Shown: positions 13,501 to 25,500 of the stretch, piece after piece | Position numbering within the stretch: the stretch's first letter is position 1 | Layout of the letters: each line of letters starts with the position of its first letter | DNA from: Monocercomonoides exilis PA203 | Lineage: Eukaryota > Protista > Preaxostyla | Assembly: GCA_001643675.2 (NCBI GenBank) | Contig: LSRY02000032.1 | Span: 1,116,001-1,180,000, forward strand | Direction of reading: 5' to 3' | Length of the DNA: 64,000 nucleotides | The notes under the pieces: model-generated | Databases searched by the model: none | What the model was told of the DNA's origin: nothing | Seen by the model: only the letters and a program-made list of their open reading frames with translations | Made by a program: the position numbers and the translations under genes

Positions 13501-16500
13501 GTTTCAGAAGTTCTTCTTCGCTTTTGTCGGCACTTGTTTCTGAGGAAGCCACATCAACCGAAGAAGTTGCAATCTCTTCTTTTTCTTTGTTCTGTGCCTC
13601 AGTCTCTTCTGCTTGGTGAAGCCTTCCCATGTAACTGATGAATTTCCTTTTCTTTGCCCATTTCATTGCTAGTTTGGTGCCAATGAAGAACGGCGGAAAC
13701 ACTTCCTCTTCTGGACAGACCCAGATGTGATCACCAGGATTTGGAATCTCATATAACTCCTTTTCATCATCGTCATCTTTACTGCTGTCTCCATCACCTC
13801 CAGCCACGCCTTCTTCATCCATAACAACATCATACATTCCTTCGACACCTTTGTATTTCTTGAACATCGCAGGCGATTCTTTCAATGAGATTGAAGGAGG
13901 CAAAATTGGATCGCACAAGCAAGGCCAGTTGCGATCGGTTGTTTCGTTGCAGTCGCAGAATCCGCGCGAGTGTAAAAACGTCATCCAGGGCTCGTGTTCA
14001 GGCTTCTTCTTCTTTTCCTTCTTCTTTTTCTGCTCGTCAGTTTTGTATGACTGGAATTTGTCACGGCGGTGATGCTGATGGTCGTGGCAGGTAGCCAGGC
14101 ACACTGCACACAACCCTTCGGATTTTTTGAACTCGCAATAAACACATTCAAAGAATGCCATAATTCCACCTTTGTCGATAAGATCTGACCCAAATTTCCC
14201 AACGCCGATGGATTCCTCCAGGATTTTTGCTGGTTTGACAACAACAGCCGCCTTCTTTCCATCGTCTTTGTGGCTGCTACTGTCACTTTCTGAAGCACCA
14301 TGCACTCCGACTGTTGCTCCCCTCAAAAGACCTCTTGACAGAGCATCAAACATCGCTTCTGCAAGTCCATTGCCAGAGTCTTCCAAGCATTTCTTGAATC
14401 GTTTTTTCAGATCAGGTGAAATTGGCAACGCTTCCGCACCTTTTGGCTCAATCTTGTTCTTCTTGCTCTTTTTATGACCTTTCTTTCCTTTCTTCCTTTT
14501 TTCCTCCTCTTCCATCTCGCTCGGATCAACAAACAGATACGCAGGATGTATTCTATTCAGCTTGGCAAGTTGCTTCACTTTCCTTTTAGGCGTCTTGCTA
14601 TCAACGTGGACTGACCCGATATGCGGTCTGGCATGTCTCAGGCATATTCCTTCCTGCATGCACAGAATTGAACTCCACAATGAATCAGCCGAGGGGGTTT
14701 CAAACACATTGAGATGGATCTTAAATCTGTTGTCCAGTGCACACGAAACAGCTGCCTTTTTCATGGTAATAGTTGTCGGATATATCGGAGAGAACACTTT
14801 CAACTTTAAAGATGAAGAGCCAAATGCAGACGGAGGTGGTGGAGAAATAGAATCTGAATCAGAATCTGAGAAATCTCCAGCCAGTTGAAATTCCACGTTT
14901 TCTCCTTCTTCGTCTTCTAAAGAGCTGTCATCGTCAATGTCAAAGAATATCGATGTTGCTCCGCCTTCAGCATCAGCAAATGGATCTGCCCCTGATGATG
15001 AAAACGATCCAATCGATGCTGGCGATGGAGCAGTAGATGAAAGAAGCGAAGACGCACTCGAAGAGCTTACCATGTTCCGCATTAAGTCACTTCGAGCCTT
15101 TTTGCCGCAAAACAGGAATATCGATCCGAAGTCGTTCAGTTTTAAAAGTGTGTGTCGTTCCATGTTTTCGCTTATAAGAGCTTCAGCGTCTTCTTCGTTG
15201 AGGGACTTCACTCCTTCAGACGGATGAGGCATCCCTTTGATGAAAGTGGATGGGCTGTACTGATATTCCCATCGCTTGACATAAGCATGAGGTTCAATAG
15301 AAGAAGATTCAGCAGAAGAAGTCGATGATGATAATTGAGATGAGGAAGATTCATCCGAATTCGCAGAATGGAGATAAGATGGATATTCAGTCAGACAGCC
15401 TTTGCCTAAGAACTTCTTTTTGCTTTCTGTGATTCCCGTTGGAGCGCCTACACCGCCACCCCATTTTTGTCCAGACAGCCTCAGACTTCTGTCTATCACT
15501 TTTGGGAAGTAGCAGATGATGCTGTCTGAGTCTGCATCAGGCACCACAAGACGAGCCCCCTTTGCAGTTGTGTCCAGCAGAGACAGCGCATGCAGCAGGC
15601 AGCGATTGTCACAAGGGGAAGTGATCAATATTCTATCGAATTTGAAAAGTTGAGGAGACATTGATAGAAGCGAATCGACCATTGGGAAGAAGTTGATTGG
15701 AATGTCGGAGTCAATCTGGCTGTAGTAAGGAAGACTCAACGTGAATGGCGATGTGTGCGCAGTCAAAGGCCTGCTGTTCTTCAGCTGATCAGCCAAACAG
15801 CAGGATTTTGTGCCAGATTTAGAAGATGATACAGAAGATGAAAGTTTTGTTGAATGACCTTTTCCGCAACCACATTTGATGTGCACTCCATCTTCACCAT
15901 CACAACAGTACACGTCGTTCGGATTGACAATGCCAACCTTTCTTTCCCACTCAGCATATTCCTGCATCCTCTTTTCTGCTTCTTTGCAGTCCCATTCGTC
16001 ATCTTCTTCCTTCTTCACCGACGGATTTTTCATTTTGACGTTCTCTTTCAGTTCCGAAATGAGATCGAAGTTCAACACAGACATGCTCTGCACAACAAAC
16101 CCGCCTGGTGCAACAAGATTCGATGCAGCCATTCCGATGAAGTAAGGGTCACATGATATAACAAGCGTCCTCAGCCCAGGCGTCAGGTCAAGCGAATGGA
16201 GAAGGAACTCCACAAGCGCAGGTGGGAAGAAGTAAACATTGTGCTTCAGCTCTTCGACGGATACTGGAGATGACTTGTCTTTCTCCCAAAGTTTGAAGTT
16301 CTTTTCTAATGTGATCATCGGACATGATGTTGTAACAGCAGATATCACTCTCTGCGACACAGGCTCAAGAGCAGGAAACGGCAAGTTCTTTGCTTTCTCC
16401 ACAAGCGAAGAAGAAGAAGAAGAAGAAGAAGACGACGACGATAAGGCAGACTGCGATGTCTGTTCCTTTTGCTTGCGTGCTTCTTCTGAGTTCTTCTCCT

Positions 16501-19500
16501 GGATCATCGCATTCGCATGGTCCACCATCGAATTCGCCTTCCGCTTGCTTTCGAGCCAGAATGCTCCGTCGCTAAGCTTTTTGATCTTCTTTGAGCGAGG
16601 AAAATCAGCAAAAAGATCAAAAATGTCTTCATGCGAAATGAAGCATGGAAGGACACTCCATTCGCATTCGGATGGAAGAGGCAATGGTTGACTAACAAGA
16701 GGCGTTGAAACATCAGTTGAGGAAGATGAAGATGAAGATGAAGATGATGCTTCTTCTTTCTCTTCCTTCTTCTCTTCTTCTTTCTTTTCCTCTTCTTTCT
16801 TCTCTTCTTCCTTCTTTTCCTCTTCTTCCTTCTCTTCTTCCTTCTTTTCCTCCTCTTCTTTTTCAGTGCTTTCTTTATTATCATCAGTTTTGACAGGAAT
16901 TCCTTTCTTTTCTGCCTCTTTGATTGATTCCTGGATTGCCCGTTCCAACTCCTGCTCAAACAAAAGATCTTCAGCTGAGGCAGGTTCTTTCTTTTTTTCA
17001 TCCTTCTTTGCTTTTTTAAGTTCCTTCTTCTTTTTCTTCTCTTCTTCCTTCTTCTTCTTCTTTTCTTCTTTCTCTTTTTTCTTCTTCTGTTTTTCTGTCA
17101 GCTCAGCTTCTGCTGCAGCAGGCTTCTCTTTCTTCTCATCACTCCACAAGCATCTTGGATCAACTGGAAGCGAAGGGTGTTTGAAGAACGAGATAGGCGC
17201 TTCTCCAACTTCGTCCTCTTCTTCTTCGTCTGCATCGTCTTCACCTTCTTTCTTCGCCTTCGTTTGATGTATGCCGCTCTTTGACTTCACCAAAACACGA
17301 CGGCGCAGGTCAAATGAAAGAGGAGTCGTCAGAGACGGAGGAAGAGGCGGATGGAACTCTGTGAGTGCTTCAGTAGAGGAAGAAGAAGAAGAGGAGGAAG
17401 AAACAGAAGTTGAATGAGCATTGACCACAGGCAAAGGAGTGAGCAGGGAAACTGGCGGGAATGCTGAGCCAACGGTTGAGATGGGGAATCTTGCAACTGA
17501 CGTTTCTTTGCAGTACAAAAGACATGTCGCAACATCCACATGCTTTTTCTTTCCCATCCTGGCAATCGAGGCAAGCTCATTTCGGTTGAGGATCGCAAAG
17601 AAATATGTTCTGCTTTCTTTCTTCAGTTCCCTGTCTCGTTGCTTTGCTTCCTTCAGATCCTTCTTCCTCTTCTTCCTGGCCATCGCTTTCTCTTTCCTCT
17701 TGACTGAATCATCATCATCATCATCGTCATCGCTATCGTCTTCTCCATCTTCTCCATCATCATCACCTCCGCGGCATCCACAATCACAGCAATCAGCCAG
17801 CTTGCTTTTCACTCCGCATTCTGAGCAGCGGAATTCTGAGTTGTTCTTTTCTTTGATGAGCTGCGAGGGAAGCGACAGCACCTGTCCACACTCGCATTTG
17901 ACGACAGACAGGATGAAGCAGCGCCTGCAGATGGAAAGGCAGGCAGTGGCACAGACATCGAAGAAGGAGTGCTCCCAGCTGGACAAAGTGGCATCCATCA
18001 CAACAGGTGAGAAGGTTGTCAACGGAGCTGCCCCTGTGGTAGAGGCAGATGGAGAAAAGGACGGAGAAATCGAAGGCGAAGAGAAAGGTGATGGAGAAGG
18101 TGTTGATGGAACACTCAAAAGATTGGTGGTGTCTTTATTGGGAGACTCATAAAGAGATGTGCTAAGTCCCTTTTCGCCATCTTCAATGTGCTTCATAAGC
18201 ATGTCTTTTCCAGTCTCAGAAAGCGAAAATGGAACAGAAGATGCTGGAGCGATAATTCCATCATCCTTCTTCTTTTCTCCCATTTTCGACTTCACATCAT
18301 CTGGAGCAATTGTCAGCTGCATTGTGATTGGCGTTTCGGCAAGCTCCTCCAAAAGAGCACCACATCGCATAGAAGTTGCAGCAGAGTTCTCAGCTTTTGC
18401 TTCTTTGGCAAACGATGAAGCAACAGAGAACAAAGAACGGCCTGCCAAAGGAGCAGTTGGTAGTGACTGAACAGACGATGACAACAAATATGAGACGAGC
18501 TCATGTGGAAGATCATTCAACACATTCATTTCGAGAAGTGATCTGATAAATGAGGAAGATGAAATAGAAGCGGAAGATGCAACAAGAAGAGCTGTAAGAA
18601 ATAGAGAGGAATCTGAAATTGTATTTACGTTTTTAGCTTCATTGCTTTCTTCAGAAGATGAAAGAAGTTCATTTTTCTCTTTCATCTTTTGCGAATTTAG
18701 TTCATTCAAAACTTTCAGCATTGCATCTTTAATTTGAAGCATCTCCACACAAACTTTCAAGTTCTCAGTGAATTTTCTGCAAATCTCTTCTTTTTTCTGG
18801 CTACAAGCTGTCTTTGAACAATCACATTCTTCTTTCATCCTTTCAATTTTCAAGCTGATAAATGGAACAGCCTTTGCCTTTCTTTTCATATCTTTGTCGC
18901 TGCAATCTGCATCGCAATCAAACAAAACAGAAGCAGTTGGCATTCCTTCAGAAGCTTGAATCACTGTGCCTGAGTGTCCAGTTGTGACATCCACAACTCT
19001 ATCTCCGGTGCGAATAGACAACGACACATCAGACTGAAAGCCAACAGAATGGAACAAAACTAAAAGAATGTTTAATGCCTCATTTTTGTGCAAATATTGA
19101 TTTATCTGCGAAAGACGAGGAACCTGAGACTCAGTTTTCATAGCAGAATCTGATCCATTTGACGACTTGAGCCAAGGGAACATTGCATTAATTGCATTTG
19201 GCAACGAATTCACCATTGAATTAATTCTGTTGGATGTCCAGTCATTCCACTTGCTTCCAGCAACGTTTTCAGCAATCACTTTGACAACAGTATTTTCAGC
19301 AGCACGGCTGACTTTCTGCATCGAAGTGTATGTCTGCAGACGAAACGGAACTAAGAAGAAGCGGATGAGAGCGTCCCAAAAGATGGAAAGACGCCTTTCT
19401 GTTTCAGGATCAACATCTGGCTTCTTCTTCTTCTTTTGCTTAGACTCTCCTTCGTCTGACTGAACTGAGTCTGCTTCACTTGCTTGAGTGCGCAGTTCAG

Positions 19501-22500
19501 ACTTCACGGACAGCGCTGGAGATTTCGAGCTTGAACTGGCAGGCGCAGGGGAAACAGACCTTCTCTGGCTATGAGCGATAGCAGGCTTGCTGACTTCAAC
19601 TGCTCCTTCGCTTTGACTTTTGCCTTCTTTCTTCAATTCGCTTTCTCGTTTCTGCAGCGCCTTCAACCACTGGACTCCAACTTTAGCAGTTGTGGAGTCG
19701 ATGCCTGATGAAGTAAGAAGTGTGCTTAGCAAACCATTCTCTAATGAAAGAAGAGAAGCAACATGATCAGAATTCAAAGCAAGGAATGGTATGACTGTCT
19801 TGAAAAAGCTGATCGATGCATCAAGAAGCGAAGCTTTGGCAGATGAAGATGAAGATGAAGAAGATGCTCCTGTGGATGGCTGACTGGAAGAGAGAAATCG
19901 GACAGCCGAAGAAAGCGCTTCTTTCCTTTGTTGCGATGAAAACAAATAAGAATGAATTGTCTGTGCTGCTGTTGAAGGGCTTGGCTGATAGCGTGTAAGA
20001 AGCCATGTTCTTAGTCTGGCAAGATCCTCATCTGATTCTCCCGCAGATGTTGAAGAAGCACTGGAGGATTGCTGGTCAATCATTGACAGAGGAATAAGTG
20101 TGCTCATCCGGAAAGATGTTGGCAAGCTTGCAATAACCAGCAGCAAATCAAATAGATCGTATTCTTTTCCTTTTAATGAAACAGATACCCCACTTTTAGT
20201 GCCTGAAGGCGAAGATGGCTCATAAAAAGACAGTAAAAGTGGAATGCATGAGAGAGAGACAAGTTGAACGCGAGGCGATCCAAAAAGAGCACACAATGCC
20301 ATTTCCTGAATTGCAGAGTATTTCTTGTTTGAAGAAGCAGATGATGCAGATGATGCTGACAATGGCTGTTTTGCTTGATCTTTCAAAATGGATCGGAGTG
20401 TTTCGTGCGAAGAATATGTGCTAAGGATAGTTTTCAATGAGGTGAGAAGAGTAAAGATTGTTGTATCATCAATTGAATGGAATGATTTGTTTGTGTCATC
20501 TCCACAATCCTTCACATCACTTGAATTTTCAACGAAAAGATGAGGCTGATAGAAATTGTTGAGCTTCAATGAATTGTCCTCTTCTTTTTCGTCACCTTCT
20601 GCCAATTTCTCGTTGACACCATCGTTTTCTTCCAACTGATCTATCCATTGAATAAGTTCTTTTGTGTTGCTCGCTCCGATTCTGCCTGACTGGATTTCTC
20701 GAACAATACGACTCATTCCAGCAGATGAAACAAGAGCATCGCTTATTACCTCATCTGCACACACAGACAGACAGTTCAAAAGACAGTTAATTGCCTCCTT
20801 CGATAATGCCATCATCGATTCTGAACATTTTTTGGCTGACTGTCGCTTTGAAGAGCATGTTAATTCACAAATCTCAACTGTCATTGCCTTCAGCACAGCA
20901 GCAGCGATTCGCTTCACCTGAATAATGTCAATTTCAACAGACGACTGAACAGAAAGAATTGTCTTTACTGATTTGCACAAAGAAGGAATAATCAATGCCA
21001 GCTCCTTTTCAACAGCAGTCATTGTGCTGCTTCCATGAAGCAAGTTAGCGAAATGGCTGTTGAGTGTTGAAACACATTTAGTGAAGAAGATTGAGAAAAG
21101 AGACAGAAGATGAGAAACACGTGCAGCTTGTAGCAGAGCAACTGGAGAATGAATAGAAGAAGAGGCCGATCCATCCTCTGTGGTTGAAATAGCCCTCGTG
21201 AATGATTCGATTTCGTTGTCAAGAACAGTCTGAAGTGTCGAAAACAGACGAATCATTTCAGCAAATTTCGACATTTCAGCTGCAGAAGGCGAACCAGCAG
21301 AAAACAACTTTGATTTTACAGTTTCCTCTGTGACTGACAGAATCAGCGAGCGAACTGACCTGCACAGCTCAAACAGCGAAAGAGACACGAAATGAGAGGA
21401 CTTGGCAGAATAAGACGAAAGTGCACGCAATCCAAACAGCTGCAGCTGATTGCTCAGGCGCTTCATCAAAAGTGATCGGATAAAGCCAGGTGAATGGAAA
21501 GATGCAACAAAAGAGGTTGAAGATGCAGCTGATGAAGAAGCTGATTGACTCGAAAGATCAAAAGACATCCCAACTTTCTCAAATGCTGCTGAAGCATAAG
21601 ACAAGATCTGATTGTCTGTGAAAGACAAGAAAAGCGAATGAGACAAAGAAGGAGAAAGAACCATTTCGTTCATGAGCTTCATTCTTTTCTTTTGATCTGC
21701 AATCACTTTATCCATTCCAGTCTTCAATGGAGCATCAGTTGCATCAATGCCACGAACATCTCCCATCAATTGCGCTTCAATAGAAGACAACACTTTGTCC
21801 ATTATTTCACAAGAGATTCCTTCACAAGCAATTCTTTTGCACAACAAGGCTGTCGTTGCATCATCAAGAACACTCCGATAAGAAGCTGATGGTCGTTTGC
21901 TGTTTGACTGAGAAGAAGAAGAAGACGAAGAAGAAGACGAAGAAGAAGACGAAGAAGAAGACGAAGAAGAAGACGAAGAAGAAGACGGAGTTTGATAAGA
22001 TGACGGTATTTCATTGGAGCTCGTTTGAGCATCAGAATATGGTGAAATGTGATCTGGAAGAGGAAGAGACGGATGCCGAAGAGGATTCATTATTTCCTTC
22101 AGCATTTGTCCAGAAAGACAAGACATCGAATGAGAAAGCACGACACACCAAAGACCTTCTCCCACATCTTCATCTTGAACACGAGCAGAAGATGCAGATG
22201 AAGACGAAGATGACGATGCTGCTGATGAATCGTTCTTAATCAACCTTTCGTATTCAAATGGTGAATTGCCAGGAGAGGAGTGTACGACTTTAGTTGGGTG
22301 GTTGATCTTCTTTTTGTCTTCTTCAACAAACATGCCACGTCCCATTTCGCTTGCTCTTCCGTCGACTCTTCCGCCAAACGCGCTGTGTGACGTGGGCATG
22401 ATGGATGTCACGTCGCATTCAATTCCCCAGTCAACACCGCTTTTGTCAGAGAAGAATGAAAACACCAGTGCTGGCTGCATCACAACAATCTCGTCTTTCG

Positions 22501-25500
22501 GGAAGCTGTTGCCTGTGAAGAGATAAAGTCTCTTGCCTTCCTTTTTGTTTGTGGAAGGCAGACGAAGCGCAGTGAACTTCGAAGAAGAAGAAGAAGAACC
22601 ACTTTTCTTGGCAGATGAAGGCGATCCTGCTGTGCCTGCACTCGGAGCAGAAACAGAATGCTCAATCGCTTTTGCCATTTGCCATTTTGTTGGAAGTGAA
22701 ATTGTGAAGAAGTCGTATCTTTGTTCTGTTTTGCACTGTTTGTTGAATCTGATACGATATCCCAGCGCAGACGGCACATAGAACACCTCCTTCCAATCCT
22801 CGTTGTTGAGATATGGATGGCTTGTTTCGATTCTGACTGTGGCAGATTGCAAAGAAACAGTTTCTGTATGATGCAGCAAACGATACTGTTCGGTGAAGAA
22901 CAGAGGATATGGAACATTTGATGCACGTCTAACAACTTCTTGCTTTGATGATGAGCACGATTCTGAAGCAGAACTCTGAAGTGCCTTTAATTTATCAGCT
23001 GGAAATATCAATCCAAGCATATTGTCGAAGTATCGCTGGAAAATCAGAACGGGTTTCAGAAACACAGCTGCAGCATCTGTGGAAGAAGAAGAGAGAATTG
23101 CCATCATCACACGAAGCGGATGAACCAGCTTCCCAGCAAATGAATGAAAGACCACAGACAGCAGTGAACGGCGAAATGAAACATTCACAACAGACGACGA
23201 CGAAGAAGAAGAAGAGGAAGAAGAAAGCTGCTGGAGCTTTTTGGTTATCTTGTCGAACACAACACAGCTTCCTCCCAACACATACAGTGCATAGTGTGCA
23301 AAGAATGGGAAGAGCACATTAAATGCAGGGTTGATTGCTTCAGCTGGAACAATTTTGTTCTCAAAGCTTTGTGACCTCTGATTCTGAGAAGATAGAGTTT
23401 TCTTTGGCCTTGGAACAAGTCTGAAGAACAGAGAAAACAGCTGCTTTTGGAAAGAGCACAAGAATTCCAAAAGAGACGAATGGGACTTTTGACGCTCATC
23501 CAGTGAATTCTGACTGTCAATCAAAGAATTGAGATTAGAAACTGTGCTGTTCACTTCGCTCAGAATCATCATCTGCCAAACGCGAACTGCATTCAAATAA
23601 AACGAAAGAGACGAGTCTGTATTTCCACTCTGGAGAGGTTCAAATTTTCCAAACAATGCTTCTTTCTCAATTTTGCTCACTGACATTTTTGCGCTTTGCT
23701 TTGTGAGCGATAGAGGTTGATAAAGTGAAGGGAAAAGTTGAGGACTTAAAGAAGCAACAGGAAGGAGATTTCTGGTCGAAAATGCAGATAGTGTCACAAA
23801 CTTCATGTGATATGGAACAATTGCAAATATCCTTGTGATGATTGATGAAACATCACAAGGAATATCAAACTGAAGCGAAGAAGATGCTAATAATGAAGTC
23901 GAAGATGCCTCTGGCGCTTCATTTCCAGAAAGGCACAGTGAATGGAAAGAAAGCTGAGCAGCATCTTTGTTTGATTTTCTTTGAGCGATTGCCTGTGTTA
24001 ATATGTTTGCCAGAAGTTCCAGTGCTTGTGTTGAAGATTCTGCGAATGTGATCACAACCAAAAGAAGAAGCCCCACAGAATAAGCAGAAACAGCATCCAA
24101 AGCAGATGCAAACGGCAATTCTTTGCTTGCCTTTGCAGAACAGAATTTATTCACTGCTTCAAACAAAGCAGATATATGCGAATCCAAAATCCCAACAGAC
24201 TTTCTCGTGAATGGCGAATGAAACAGTGAAAGCACGTTGGCCCTTGAAATGCACATGACAGAATAAATGCAGCTGCAAAGATGTGCAATTTTCCTTTCAA
24301 TTTCTTTGAGTTTTGTCTGAGACTTTGCTTCAGAAGCAAGTGATGTATACTCCTTTACTGCGTCGTTCAGAAGATTGTTGAGGAGATTTAGAGTTTCGGC
24401 TGCTTCCTCTACAAACTGCGACGATGCATCCAGAACATATGGCGCAAACAATGTCATACATTCAAAAGAAGTCAAGGGCGATTCAGCTCCTGCAAATTGA
24501 GAGAAATTCTGTAAGTGGCTAAGCATTTGATGAGCAATCACAAGTGAGTCAGTCTCCTTCTGCTTTTCATCCACCAGCGCCTTCGAAGAGGAATGCTGCA
24601 TTTGACAATGATATTCTTGCTTCCTATCTTCTAATTGCACCCATGCAGAAATTATTTCTTTGTGTTCTTCTTCTTCTCTCTTCAGAATCCCCATTCTCTG
24701 CTTCATTTTTAATCTGTGCAGCATCAGAAGCAAATCCACTGAGTCTTCGCTGCTTTGCTGTTGCTTGAGTTCTTCTTCTCCACAGCATGTAAGACTATTC
24801 AAATATTCATTGATTGTCATTTCAGCAGCTGTTGGAATGCTCTTAACTGAGTTATCAGTCAGTGGAAGAATCATCAATTTCTGTTCCTGTGCTTCTTTCT
24901 CCTTTTCTGTCTCTTTCAGCTGATCTTTTCCGTGATTATCCTTTTTCGAAGAAGATGAGTCTCTTTTGAAAAACAATGCCTCTGACGACCGAGTGATGAG
25001 CACCTGGTTCACTCTATCGAAACAGACAGGACCAGACTGAAGAGTGAAATTTATAGACAGTTCGATGTGCGGCTCCATCTCAATTTCTATTGCTTCTACT
25101 TCCCTTTTCTGAGCTGATTCGTTGAATGAAGACGAGGCAGAAAGAGAAAACATCATGTCCTCTTCGCTGTTTGCACCACAAGCACTGTCTCTGCACAAAC
25201 TGCACTGCTTCTTGTTGGAATCGAGTTTTGTGTTCTGATCTATCTCCTTTATCGCATCATCTATGTTCGCTCTCAGATTGTATTGCACGAGTGGCTCATT
25301 CAACTGTGCAGATGTGAGGCAGAAGGCATATCCATCTGAAAAGATGCTTCCTTCGAGCAGATGCTTTTTGGTAAGAAGACGAATCTTGTTGATCATCGGA
25401 TGAGACGGCGCCAGAGGCATCCTCGTCAGCTTGTGCGAGGCGCGGTGCAGATGGTTTTCTCTGCCGGTTTCGTAGCATTCGGGGCAGACGAACACTGCTC

